From: Terriglobia bacterium
Lineage (GTDB): Bacteria > Acidobacteriota > Terriglobia > 20CM-2-55-15
DNA length: 64,000 nucleotides
Assembly (NCBI GenBank): GCA_965198225.1
Contig: CBDAOY010000007.1
Location: forward strand, 192,001-256,000
Reading direction: 5' to 3'
Part shown: positions 40,529-49,646 of the stretch, piece by piece
Layout of the letters: every line of letters starts with the position of its first letter
Position numbering within the stretch: the stretch's first letter is position 1
Position numbers and translations under genes: made by a program
The notes under the pieces: generated by a model
Databases searched by the model: none
What the model saw: only the letters and a program-made list of their open reading frames with translations
What the model was told of the DNA's origin: nothing

Positions 40529-43182
40529 TCGGCAAGACGCTTGGCCACTACGAGATCACCGACAAGCTCGGCCAGGGCGGAATGGGGTCGGTCTGGCTGG
40601 CGCAGGACGCGAAGCTAGGGCGTCACGTCGCCATCAAGACCCTACCCGAAGAGTTCGCCAAGGACGAAGAGCGCCTCGCTCGGTTCGAGCGTGAAGCGAA
40701 ACTTTTGGCGTCGCTGAATCATCCTAACATTGCGACCATCCACGGGCTGGAAGAAGACAACGGCACCTGCTTCCTTGTCCTCGAACTCGTCGAAGGCGAC
40801 ACGCTGGCGGACCGGCTGAAACGCGGTGCGATCCCAGTTGAGGAAGCCCTCCAACTCGCTCTCCAGATCGCCGAAGCACTCGAAACCGCGCACGAAAAGG
40901 GCGTCATTCACCGCGATTTGAAGCCCGCCAACATCAAGGTCACTCCCGAAGGAAAGATCAAGGTGCTGGACTTCGGGTTGGCGAAGGCGTTCCAGGGAGA
41001 TGGGGCGGACGTGAACCTGTCGCAGTCGCCCACGTTGAGCATGGCTGCGACCCAGCAAGGTGTCATCTTAGGCACTGCGGCATACATGTCGCCCGAGCAG
41101 GCGAGAGGGCAGGAAGTCGACAAGCGGGCCGATGTGTGGGCTTTCGGATGTGTTCTCTACGAGATGTTGGCAGGTCGGCAGCTCTGGGAAGGACCGACTG
41201 CAACGGACATGATCGCGGCGGCGATTGCGAAAGACGCTGACTTCAGCACCCTGGCCCCGAGTGTCGATTCCAAGATTCGCGAATTGTTGCAGCGGTGCCT
41301 CCAAAAGGACCCTCGAAACCGGCGACAGTCCGTCGGAGATGTCCGCGTCGACCTTCAGGCTTTAATGGAGCGGGCGGACACTCCAACACAACTTGAAGCA
41401 CTTTCTCTTGGAGGCCGTCGCCGGATAGTGTCTGCGACTTTCGTTCTCTTTCTTGTCGCCGTTGCCATCGCCATATCCGTTATGTCGTACGTCGGTAGCC
41501 GAGAACCGACACGAATGGAAGTCTTCCGACTGACGTCCTCACTATCCCACACTCTCGACCTCGGATCGGCGGAACGTCCGGCCCTAGCAATTTCCCCTGA
41601 TGGTTCCCGCCTCGCCTACGTAGCGGACGGTCAACTGTATGAACGGCCGATGAACCAGTTCGTAGGCCGAGCAGTCCCGGGTTCTGAAGGTGCCTACTCA
41701 CCGTTCTTCTCGCCGGACGGGGAATGGGTCGGGTTCTTCGCCGATAACAGGCTTAAGAAGATCGCGTTAGACGGTGGATTGCTCCAGGAAATCTGTACCG
41801 CCCAATTTGTGCGCGGTGCCGTGTGGGTGGGTGATGAGATCATCTTTGCGCCAGATTTTGGCATTCATGGCTTGTCTCGAGTCTCAAGTTCTGGTGGTGA
41901 ACCATCAAGCTTCACCCTCGTAAAGACTGATGTCGGCGAATCTCGGCACGCTTGGCCGAGCCGGTTGCCAGGCCGTAACGGGATCCTCATGACCGTCAAC
42001 GTGGGTGATGAAGCACAGCAGAACTACAACTTGGCGGCGGTGTCTCTGGAAACTGGTGAGCGGACACTGATAATGGAGGAGGGTGGGCCAAGCGAGTATT
42101 TGCCGACTGGACATCTAGCGTATGTGCGCGGTGGTCAGCTCATGGCGGTTCCCTTGGACCCGGATCGTCTCGAAACTGTCGGAATGCCTTCTCTGCTTGT
42201 AGACAACGTGATGCAGCACACGAGGTCCGGTGCGGCGCAGTTTTCGGTGTCGGCGTCCGGATCCATGGCGTTCATCCCAGGGGGATTGGTTCACTCCCAG
42301 TACCGGCTTGTCTGGGTGACGCGGGATGGAGTGACTGAACCCCTCAATCTACCACCCAGAAACTACGTCCAACCGCGGATTTCCCCCGACGGCACGCGCC
42401 TGGCAACAGGAATCCAGGAGGATCGTTTCGACGTTTGGGTTTACGACATTCGCAGAGGGATCGGAGATCGCGTGACCGTTGATGGTGACAACCGCAGCCC
42501 GATCTGGGCACCAGATGGAGAAACGATTGTGTTCTGTTCCGAACGGGACGGAGTCTGGGACCTGTACCGAATATCGTCCACGGGCGGGCCGTTGGAGAAA
42601 ATTACCCCGGCAAGTCGCGATGAACCGTGGTTTCTCCATCCTGAGTCATGGTCAACAGACGGCAAGGTGCTGTTCTGTACCGGTCTTACGGAGACGATCG
42701 TCGATTCGATCTGGACTCTTGCCCTTGACTCTGGCTTGGAACCGCTTGTGGGGGACACATCGCTCGAACGCGGCGCTCCTGCGCTCTCTCCCGATGGAAA
42801 CTGGATAGCGTATGCCGCGGAAGGGATCGATCAACAGCAGGTATTCCTTCGCAAGTACCCGGAAAGTGGGGAGCGTCACCTAGTCTCCGCGGATGGTGCT
42901 CGGGAGCCATTGTGGTCCCCCGACGGCGAACAACTGTTCTACCGTTCGGGCGACAAGATGATGAGCGTCGAGATCAAGACGACACCCGAGCTTGACATAG
43001 GAATACCTACCGTTTTGTTCAGCGGGAGCTACGGCTCGAGACCCGCGTTCCGACCGAACTACGACATCACCCCGGATGGGGACCGGTTCCTTATGACTCT
43101 GTCGGACGATCCGGGCGTAACTGAGATCAACATCATCTTAAACTGGTTCGAAGAACTGAAGGAACGGGTGCCGGTGCCATGA
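40525..43182 (+). CDS. Ser/Thr kinase + TM + TolB-like propeller
   Basis: ATGA overlap with the previous gene; same kinase motifs; ends NWFEELKERVPVP. Confidence 0.92.
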   Translation: MIGKTLGHYEITDKLGQGGMGSVWLAQDAKLGRHVAIKTLPEEFAKDEERLARFEREAKLLASLNHPNIATIHGLEEDNGTCFLVLELVEGDTLADRLKRGAIPVEEALQLALQIAEALETAHEKGVIHRDLKPANIKVTPEGKIKVLDFGLAKAFQGDGADVNLSQSPTLSMAATQQGVILGTAAYMSPEQARGQEVDKRADVWAFGCVLYEMLAGRQLWEGPTATDMIAAAIAKDADFSTLAPSVDSKIRELLQRCLQKDPRNRRQSVGDVRVDLQALMERADTPTQLEALSLGGRRRIVSATFVLFLVAVAIAISVMSYVGSREPTRMEVFRLTSSLSHTLDLGSAERPALAISPDGSRLAYVADGQLYERPMNQFVGRAVPGSEGAYSPFFSPDGEWVGFFADNRLKKIALDGGLLQEICTAQFVRGAVWVGDEIIFAPDFGIHGLSRVSSSGGEPSSFTLVKTDVGESRHAWPSRLPGRNGILMTVNVGDEAQQNYNLAAVSLETGERTLIMEEGGPSEYLPTGHLAYVRGGQLMAVPLDPDRLETVGMPSLLVDNVMQHTRSGAAQFSVSASGSMAFIPGGLVHSQYRLVWVTRDGVTEPLNLPPRNYVQPRISPDGTRLATGIQEDRFDVWVYDIRRGIGDRVTVDGDNRSPIWAPDGETIVFCSERDGVWDLYRISSTGGPLEKITPASRDEPWFLHPESWSTDGKVLFCTGLTETIVDSIWTLALDSGLEPLVGDTSLERGAPALSPDGNWIAYAAEGIDQQQVFLRKYPESGERHLVSADGAREPLWSPDGEQLFYRSGDKMMSVEIKTTPELDIGIPTVLFSGSYGSRPAFRPNYDITPDGDRFLMTLSDDPGVTEINIILNWFEELKERVPVP

Positions 43183-43546
43183 TCTTCTTGTCTGAGTCCG
43201 AAATTCTTCTACGTTCCGCGAAGCGGTTGTTCAATTTTGTTCAGTCGAGAGAGGCATCGAACTCGCCCGCCCACCCCCGAGCGTGTCGTTATGAGCGGGC
43301 TGAGCGGGTCAGAGATGTAGAGTGACCTCCAGTTTGAACACAGGCGCTCATCGGACTTGACGTCTTTCGATAAGTATAAGAAAATATAGCTACTTACGAG
43401 AGGGATCGTAGCTCAGTTGGAAGAGCGCCTGCTTCACACAACAACTCATTTATAGCAATCTTGTTGGTTCTTCTTGTCCCTAGTTCGCTTCAGACGACGG
43501 TGTTAGCCGGTATTGCCCGGAAAATTGGTCAGTAAATTGTTCAGTC
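43183..43546 (+). repeat. Full att-like repeat copy C
   Basis: Left arm TTGTTCAATTTTGTTCAG; TTGACG promoter; tRNA half at 43402-43439; right arm. Confidence 0.9.
43402..43439 (+). pseudogene. tRNA-Val(CAC) 5' half only
   Basis: GGGATCGTAGCTCAGTTGGAAGAGCGCCTGC TT-CAC-AC. Confidence 0.85.
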
Positions 43547-43629
43547 GGTTGGCAGACGCCACCGACCCCAGTCACGACGTTGACCGGGTGCCTCTCTCCC
43601 TCTGACGGCGAAGAACCCGATTTGTCTTC

Positions 43630-43646
43630 TGCACCACTGTGGTGCA
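43630..43646. promoter_or_regulatory. Perfect palindromic operator upstream of the small gene pair
   Basis: TGCACCAC-T-GTGGTGCA overlapping a CATACT -10-like box. Confidence 0.6.
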
Positions 43647-43656
43647 TACTGGTGCC

Positions 43657-43914
43657 ATGCCGACCAAAGTGAAAACCATCCGCCAAAGCGTAACCCTTCC
43701 CGTCAAGGTTGCCAGCCAGGTGCGCGCGATGGCCAAGCGCCGCAAACTGAGCGCCAGCCGCATGCTCGTCGAGTTGCTTGAAGAAGGGATCGAGTCTCGG
43801 AAGGCCAAGGAGAAGGCCTTTTTCGAGCTCGCTGAACGTTTCCGCCAGGCAGAAAATCCCGGCGAAGCGGCGCGCCTTGGCGAGGAACTGGGCAAGATGG
43901 TCTTTGGGAAGTAA
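43657..43914 (+). CDS. Ribbon-helix-helix (CopG-like) putative antitoxin
   Basis: RQSVTLP beta strand followed by helices (SASRMLVELLEEG). Confidence 0.7.
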   Translation: MPTKVKTIRQSVTLPVKVASQVRAMAKRRKLSASRMLVELLEEGIESRKAKEKAFFELAERFRQAENPGEAARLGEELGKMVFGK

Positions 43915-44159
43915 TGCCCAAGATTGCTGGATGGACTGAATTCCCCTCGGCGATTCGGGAGCATCTGGTTGAGAGAATGCGCGGCCGCTGGATAACGCTA
44001 GAGGACCTGAATCGGCTTCGGTTATGGGTCGAGTCTGATCCTGACGTGCCCGAGGACACGTCGTACAAGGATTTCGGATCTTTCAAGATATGCGGGGAGG
44101 GCCGATATCCGAAAACGTTTCTACTTGCCGCTCAACCTGCAAAGGGAACCGAGGTTTGA
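43914..44159 (+). CDS. Small hypothetical protein, putative toxin
   Basis: 81 aa, translationally coupled (TAATG) to the RHH gene; no family recognised. Confidence 0.6.
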   Translation: MPKIAGWTEFPSAIREHLVERMRGRWITLEDLNRLRLWVESDPDVPEDTSYKDFGSFKICGEGRYPKTFLLAAQPAKGTEV

Positions 44160-44232
44160 GCCTGTCCTGCAAATCCCTACGTCAAACGACTGTCCGCGGG
44201 ACTCGAGTTTGACCTGAAAATATAACGATCGC

Positions 44233-44480
44233 GGAATGATCTCCTGTGTAGAATACAGGCGGTCATTGGACTTGACGCCTTTCGATAAGTATAAGAAAAT
44301 ATAGCTACTTATCTGAGGGATCGTAGCTCAGTCGGAAGAGCGCCTGCTTCACACAACAACCCAGACACGTTATCTTGTTGGTTCTTCTTGTCTCTAGTTC
44401 TTATCAGGCGACGGTATTAGCTGGTATTCGGCAGGAAATTGTTCAGTGAATTGTTCAGTCGCGACGAAGGCCCGAAACGA
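44233..44480 (+). repeat. att-like repeat copy D
   Basis: Promoter with GATAAGTA..TACTTATC inverted repeat; tRNA half at 44317-44354; right arm; shares the GCGACGAAGG..CGAAACGA extension with copy A. Confidence 0.9.
44317..44354 (+). pseudogene. tRNA-Val(CAC) 5' half only
   Basis: GGGATCGTAGCTCAGTCGGAAGAGCGCCTGC TT-CAC-AC. Confidence 0.85.
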
Positions 44481-44575
44481 ACTGCATCATAGGACTATCT
44501 GTAGCCGGTCAGAGCATTTCGGGCCGAATTCACTGAAAACAAAGATGCGCTCTTCTGATCGGAGCGTTCGAAAAA

Positions 44576-45805
44576 TTAATGATGTTCGAAGGCTGATGCC
44601 ACGCGGTCGATTTGACCAGCACTAAGGCCCAGGCCTGCGGCAGCTTCCCGCCATTTCTCCACTGCGCTTTCGACTTTGGTAACTACGCTACGCGCCTCGT
44701 CGGGCGTGAGTTCGAAATACTCGGCAACGCTCATCGCCAAATCGACCGACGCTGTACCGTCATCAAGATCGATCGCTGTCGTCAGGATGCGTGGCTTGAT
44801 GTCCACAGGCACGGGATTGAGATCATATGCCGGCGCCAGTCGCCATCCATCCGGGCCTTCATAGAGAAAGCCGTGATTGCGCAGGTGGTCGTCCGTGTTG
44901 GAAATCAGGACACTGAAAATGATACGCCGCCACAGGGCGTGCATGTCTTCTTTTGGAGCTGCCCCGTGTTGACGCAATGCATCCACAAAGTCGAGATAGC
45001 TGCGCGCCTCGTTGTCGACAGCACCCAGCATGCTCATGGCTGACAGGAAGGGGATGCGCATGCCGTCGACGCGATCGAAGCGGCGCAAGAGAAGCACGGG
45101 CTTACCAGCAACATCTTCCAGTCGCCATTCCGGTACCGAAAGGCCGGCATTTGCCGCCAGCGTCAACGCGACCGCTTCCCATCTCACCGTTTCGATTTCA
45201 TCATCTCGGTGCGGAAACTTGGCAATCGCCAGCGTCCCGTCCCTGTCCCGAACGGAAGCCTTGGGGCGAGCACCGCCCAATGAGGAGCCAGGCGCGAGCA
45301 ACAACCGTAGATCCTCATCGCTGTCAGAATCACCGGCCACGCGGTCGGCAGCGGAGAGCAGCCTTGGCAGATCAATCAGTGGCGGAATTGGCATAGTGTC
45401 ATGTGCGGTATGGAATGGCCCACCTTCCGTGGTCGCAAATCGCAATGCGCTTTGCCGCGCCTCGTCATTGACCATCAGCAGGTAGTCGATTTCCATCAAT
45501 GTGCGTGGCGTCTCGCCGGCGCCCTCGGCACGACGGCGTTCGGCCCGGCGCATGAGCACACGGCCCCAGCGGTCGGGAGCGGAATCGCCGATTGCGCCAA
45601 ATAGAGGTTTGTCTCCTGACGTGTGATACGGGCCGGGCCCCAGCGTCAAGGCTGGTTCCAGGGAGAAGCGGTCTTTATACTCAAGCCATGTTTCGTCGTA
45701 CTCAAATGTGGCGCTTTGACGGTTCTTGCGCGTGCGCGTCCACAGCCGTCCGGTGAGGCACGGAACGCCATCGACATCAACATAGACAAGAACCTCGGTA
45801 TCCAT
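44576..45805 (-). CDS. hipA: HipA-family toxin kinase
   Basis: DSAPDRWG, GSSLGGARPK, RRFDR, NTDDHLRNH and LAPAYDLNP motifs. Confidence 0.92.
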   Translation of the reverse strand: MDTEVLVYVDVDGVPCLTGRLWTRTRKNRQSATFEYDETWLEYKDRFSLEPALTLGPGPYHTSGDKPLFGAIGDSAPDRWGRVLMRRAERRRAEGAGETPRTLMEIDYLLMVNDEARQSALRFATTEGGPFHTAHDTMPIPPLIDLPRLLSAADRVAGDSDSDEDLRLLLAPGSSLGGARPKASVRDRDGTLAIAKFPHRDDEIETVRWEAVALTLAANAGLSVPEWRLEDVAGKPVLLLRRFDRVDGMRIPFLSAMSMLGAVDNEARSYLDFVDALRQHGAAPKEDMHALWRRIIFSVLISNTDDHLRNHGFLYEGPDGWRLAPAYDLNPVPVDIKPRILTTAIDLDDGTASVDLAMSVAEYFELTPDEARSVVTKVESAVEKWREAAAGLGLSAGQIDRVASAFEHH

Positions 45806-45810
45806 TGTTC

Positions 45811-46179
45811 TTACTCTTTTCCTTCTATCCGGTCAGGCTGAATCGATTTGCGCTGGCCCGATTTCCGAATACGTTTGGGCAACCGCTCCTCTTCCAATTC
45901 AAGTCCGACGGTATCGCTCTTCACATCTGCCAGGAGGCTGAGCCTTTCGGCCATACCCAATACGAAAAGTACGGTGGCATAGCTACCCATCGAGACGCCC
46001 GGCTGTCCCTTTTCCACCTTGCTTAGCGTCGTCCGGCTGATTGACGCCCTTTCGGCCATGACCGTCGTCGGAATTCGTCGCCGCAGTCTTGCGTCACGGA
46101 TATCCGCACCAAGCTTACGTAAGGCTCGCCTGATCGGGATCGGGATCGCTGAAGTTGATCGTTCCATAGATTTTCTCAT
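45811..46179 (-). CDS. XRE HTH antitoxin (HipB-like)
   Basis: LGADIRDARLRRR..MAERASISRTTLSKVEKG; directly upstream of hipA. Confidence 0.85.
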   Translation of the reverse strand: MRKSMERSTSAIPIPIRRALRKLGADIRDARLRRRIPTTVMAERASISRTTLSKVEKGQPGVSMGSYATVLFVLGMAERLSLLADVKSDTVGLELEEERLPKRIRKSGQRKSIQPDRIEGKE

Positions 46180-46456
46180 TTATTGTTTATTTTATTAGTC
46201 ATTATAATGCGTACCGTACAATATAGTAGACATTATATCAAGCTATCCCTTCACCACGGCCTTCGGCAAGTTCAACTATCAATTGTCTATAAAAATAACC
46301 CGTATCTCATATAACGTCTATTATTCTAACCTTAAACTGACATAATGGAATATGCCAACACGATATGGAGTCAATTCCAACCGTCCTATCGAGCGCTACC
46401 GGGCGGCATAGCATCGTCCGCAAATCACATCTGCAAGGTTCACGGCCAGCCCGATA

Positions 46457-46495
46457 TTGACAATGTCAGATAATAAATATAATATATATGACATT
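46457..46495 (+). promoter_or_regulatory. Sigma70 promoter with overlapping inverted-repeat operator
   Basis: TTGACA at 46457 followed by an AT-rich TATAATAT -10 region; AATGTCA...TGACATT inverted repeat. Confidence 0.65.
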
Positions 46496-46505
46496 TGAGA
46501 GCGAA

Positions 46506-47075
46506 ATGAGCGACGGCCCACACAGAAGTCTGAATATGCGGCGGGGCTGGAAACAGCTTGCGGAGCGCGCGGATAAGAAAGCTTTCGCGCCCCAAGAGAT
46601 ATGCGATGCGATTCCCATGGCGCTGGAACAAGACTGGCGTGCTGAAGTTCCGCGGCGTCTTCTCCGACAGGTTCGAGCGACATTGGAAGACGACCAAAGC
46701 TCGTTCTTCGAAGACCAGAGACCAAAAACGCTCGAAGTGCTAAGGGGCAATACGGCCGGCAGTTCCCTCGCCACAATGTTTCTGGACTGTGCCATTCAGG
46801 AAGCAGCAGGCGGCAAAGCGGGTGATCAAGTTACGCGAGACGCCGTGCGCGGTGCACTTATGGATCGTACGGCTCGCGGCATACGTCAGGTTGAAGAACA
46901 TTACTACCGTGAATCCACGCAGAACCGCGCCATGAACGTGAGAGAGAGATTGGAGAGCGGTGTCGCGCAAACCAACATTCCGGCGATCGTTGACCGCGTT
47001 ACCGGAACCGACAAGTCCGCATCGCCACGAATGCCTGTAAAGCAGACTGGCCTTGATGACGGGGTGCAGTTGTAA
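46506..47075 (+). CDS. Helical hypothetical protein, first gene of the QueC-like operon
   Basis: ORF MSDGPHRSL..., TAATG-coupled to the next gene. Confidence 0.7.
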   Translation: MSDGPHRSLNMRRGWKQLAERADKKAFAPQEICDAIPMALEQDWRAEVPRRLLRQVRATLEDDQSSFFEDQRPKTLEVLRGNTAGSSLATMFLDCAIQEAAGGKAGDQVTRDAVRGALMDRTARGIRQVEEHYYRESTQNRAMNVRERLESGVAQTNIPAIVDRVTGTDKSASPRMPVKQTGLDDGVQL

Positions 47076-48478
47076 TGGACAATACGAAAGCCGCTGACAT
47101 TCAACTCCCTTCGATCCGCGTTGACGTTGTCGAGCCGGGTACACGACCACGCCGGAACTGGATCAAATGCGCGATCAATGAGAACCTGGAATTCAAAACG
47201 GAGGGTTTGGAATCCTACTGTTTCGCGGAATGGGAATCGCTCGTATACGACGCGTTCCTCATTGCTGCTGCGGTCCAGTTCTGTGATCACGCCAAAGCCC
47301 GGCCAGCAACCGGCTGGGGTAGAGACATCGCCTTGCGTGTTCCGGTTCATGACCCTGTCCATTGGAGCGGAGCTGATGTCTCGGGAACGCTGCATACGGC
47401 GCTGAAGTTCCTCACCGGAGATCAGTGGAACATTTCCTTCACTGGCAGGAAAACACCGGAACCGCCACCTCGACAAGGTCAGTTCAGGATGCCTGATGGT
47501 TCGCGCGTGATCATCCCGTTCAGCGACGGAATCGACTCCCTCACCGTCGCCGGATTAATGAAGCGCGAATACGGCAGCCGCCTAATCCAGGTAAGACTGA
47601 GCTCGCAATCTTTGAAACGCACGCCACCTGGAACACTGCGTTTCCCCTTCGCCTTAGTTCCCTACAAAGTGCGCGCCGGCAAAACACGGTTCGTTGAAAC
47701 GAGTGCGCGGTCACGCGGTTTTAGGTTCGCGCTCCTAAGCGGTATAGCGGCTTACCTTTCGCAGACCGAAACGATAGTCGTGTCGGAAAGTGGCCAGGGG
47801 GCACTGGGACCAACGCTCGTCCCGGTGGGACAAGCCTACGAGGACTACAGAAATCACCCTTTGTTCACGGTGAAGATGGAGGCGTTTATTCTAGCCCTGC
47901 TTGGGCATCAGGTTCGCTATATATTCCCGCGCCTCTGGCACACGAAGGGCGAGACATTGGCCGAATACGTCGCCAAGTGCCCCGATTGCCCAGACTGGGA
48001 AGAAACGCGCTCGTGCTGGCAATTGCAGAGACAGGTATCTGTTGCCGGCCGGATGCGCCAATGCGGCATTTGCGCCGCATGCATGCTCAGACGCATGAGT
48101 ATTCATGCCATCGGCGCAACCGAGAAACATGACACCTATGTCTGGGAAGATCTAACCGCCGCCCGTTTCGAAGATGGTGCTACAGCTCTCTTCGGAAATA
48201 CAGAGCCGAAAGGCGCACTGCATGAGTATGCGATTGCCGGCACCCTCCATCTTGATCATCTCGCCGACCTGCGGCGCTCACCACAAGGCGGCGTAACGAT
48301 CGATCGATCGGCGTTCCAACTGAGCCGAAGTCTCGAAGAATCCCAGACGGAGATTGAGTCACGTCTGAATCGATTGCTTAAACACCATGAGGAGGAATGG
48401 AAGAGCTTCGTCCGTTCTTTGGGACCAAACTCTTTCGTCGCCGGCTGGGCCAGAGGCGCAGAACAACATGTCACTTGA
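47075..48478 (+). CDS. QueC-like PP-loop ATPase (QatC/Cap9-like rather than housekeeping QueC)
   Basis: FSDGIDS PP-loop, TKGE, SCW and CGICAACMLRR Zn site; 467 aa with a long N-terminal extension. Confidence 0.82.
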   Translation: MDNTKAADIQLPSIRVDVVEPGTRPRRNWIKCAINENLEFKTEGLESYCFAEWESLVYDAFLIAAAVQFCDHAKARPATGWGRDIALRVPVHDPVHWSGADVSGTLHTALKFLTGDQWNISFTGRKTPEPPPRQGQFRMPDGSRVIIPFSDGIDSLTVAGLMKREYGSRLIQVRLSSQSLKRTPPGTLRFPFALVPYKVRAGKTRFVETSARSRGFRFALLSGIAAYLSQTETIVVSESGQGALGPTLVPVGQAYEDYRNHPLFTVKMEAFILALLGHQVRYIFPRLWHTKGETLAEYVAKCPDCPDWEETRSCWQLQRQVSVAGRMRQCGICAACMLRRMSIHAIGATEKHDTYVWEDLTAARFEDGATALFGNTEPKGALHEYAIAGTLHLDHLADLRRSPQGGVTIDRSAFQLSRSLEESQTEIESRLNRLLKHHEEEWKSFVRSLGPNSFVAGWARGAEQHVT

Positions 48479-49646
48479 TGAACTAGATTCGATCGACGTA
48501 GGCGAGCGCTTGCGGGTTGCCCGTGAGGCGGCAGGCATTACGCAGGCTGATGCTGCGACAGATATCAATGTCGCGCGGACGACTCTTATCGCAATCGAAA
48601 AGGGACAGCGTCGTTTCCGGATCGGCGAGTTGCAACGACTAGCCCGCCTGTACAACATGTCGGTGAACGCCCTGCTGCGCCGCGAGTCCATCCATGTTGA
48701 TCTGACCCCTCGTTTCAGAAAACTCCAGAAAAGCGGTGAGGAAGCGTCGAGCGCGGCTGCACAACTTCTGACCAATTTGGCAAAGGCTGAAGTTGAACTT
48801 GAAGATCTGCTCGGTATAAAGCGTACGCGCAACTATCCATCCGAGCGTCCGCTTTTACCAGGTGATGTCAGAGCGCAGGCCGAAGGCGATGCATTGGAAC
48901 TCCGGCATTGGTTCGGTCTTGGGATTAGTCCGGTCCGTGATCTCGTGACGTTGCTCGAATTGGAGCTTGGCGTGCGCGTCTACATAAGGAAGCTGGATGG
49001 GCGAATATCGGGGCTATTCGCGTATGACGAAAGGCTCGGCGCATGCATGCTTCTTAATGCCAATCATCCACCTGGTCGAAGGGCGCAGACTGCTGCGCAC
49101 GAACTCGGTCATTTCATCTCGACGCGCAAGACACCGGAAGTCTTACATGTGGACGAAGTAGTTTCGTCCCGCGAAGAGCGTTACGCGAAGACGTTCGGGC
49201 GCAATTTCCTGACTCCTGCAAGGGCGGTCATGCAAAGATTTCAGGAAGTTACTGCAGGATCACCTCGACTTACGCGACGGCACGTCATCGTGCTGGCCCA
49301 TGCATTTGGTGTCGCCCGAGAAGCCATTGTCAGGCGTCTTGAGGAACTTGGCATAGCCAAGGCTGGCACATGGGACTGGTTCCAGGCGAATGGCGGCATC
49401 ACCGACGATCAGGCACGCCACGTCCTCGGAGATCCGATTCATGCAGACACCGGCAAGGCTGATGCGGACCGGCCGGCAACTCTCAGACTCAATATATTGA
49501 CCGCAGAGGCATGGCGTCAGGGCCTACTCAGTGAAGGGCAACTGGCAAATCTTCTGCAAATCGATCGTATCGAGCTGCGTGAACTCTTGGACGATGCAGA
49601 CATCGAAGGGGGCGTGGCAGATGGTATGCCCAAGCTGCTTGACTGA
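48468..49646 (+). CDS. XRE HTH fused to ImmA/IrrE metallopeptidase
   Basis: N-terminal HTH (GERLRVAREAAGITQ) and AHELGH HExxH motif. Confidence 0.9.
   Translation: MSLDELDSIDVGERLRVAREAAGITQADAATDINVARTTLIAIEKGQRRFRIGELQRLARLYNMSVNALLRRESIHVDLTPRFRKLQKSGEEASSAAAQLLTNLAKAEVELEDLLGIKRTRNYPSERPLLPGDVRAQAEGDALELRHWFGLGISPVRDLVTLLELELGVRVYIRKLDGRISGLFAYDERLGACMLLNANHPPGRRAQTAAHELGHFISTRKTPEVLHVDEVVSSREERYAKTFGRNFLTPARAVMQRFQEVTAGSPRLTRRHVIVLAHAFGVAREAIVRRLEELGIAKAGTWDWFQANGGITDDQARHVLGDPIHADTGKADADRPATLRLNILTAEAWRQGLLSEGQLANLLQIDRIELRELLDDADIEGGVADGMPKLLD

Noticed and set aside
22985-43182. Diversity-generating retroelement acting on the kinases
   Set aside because: No reverse transcriptase and no template/variable repeat pair with adenine-specific differences.
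21925-44480. CRISPR array or classical integron attC sites
   Set aside because: Repeats are long and kilobases apart, with no cas or intI gene and no RYYYAAC...GTTRRRY palindromic attC structure.
47075-48478. Housekeeping queC
   Set aside because: About twice the usual length with a divergent PP-loop, no queD/E/F nearby, and a mobile context.
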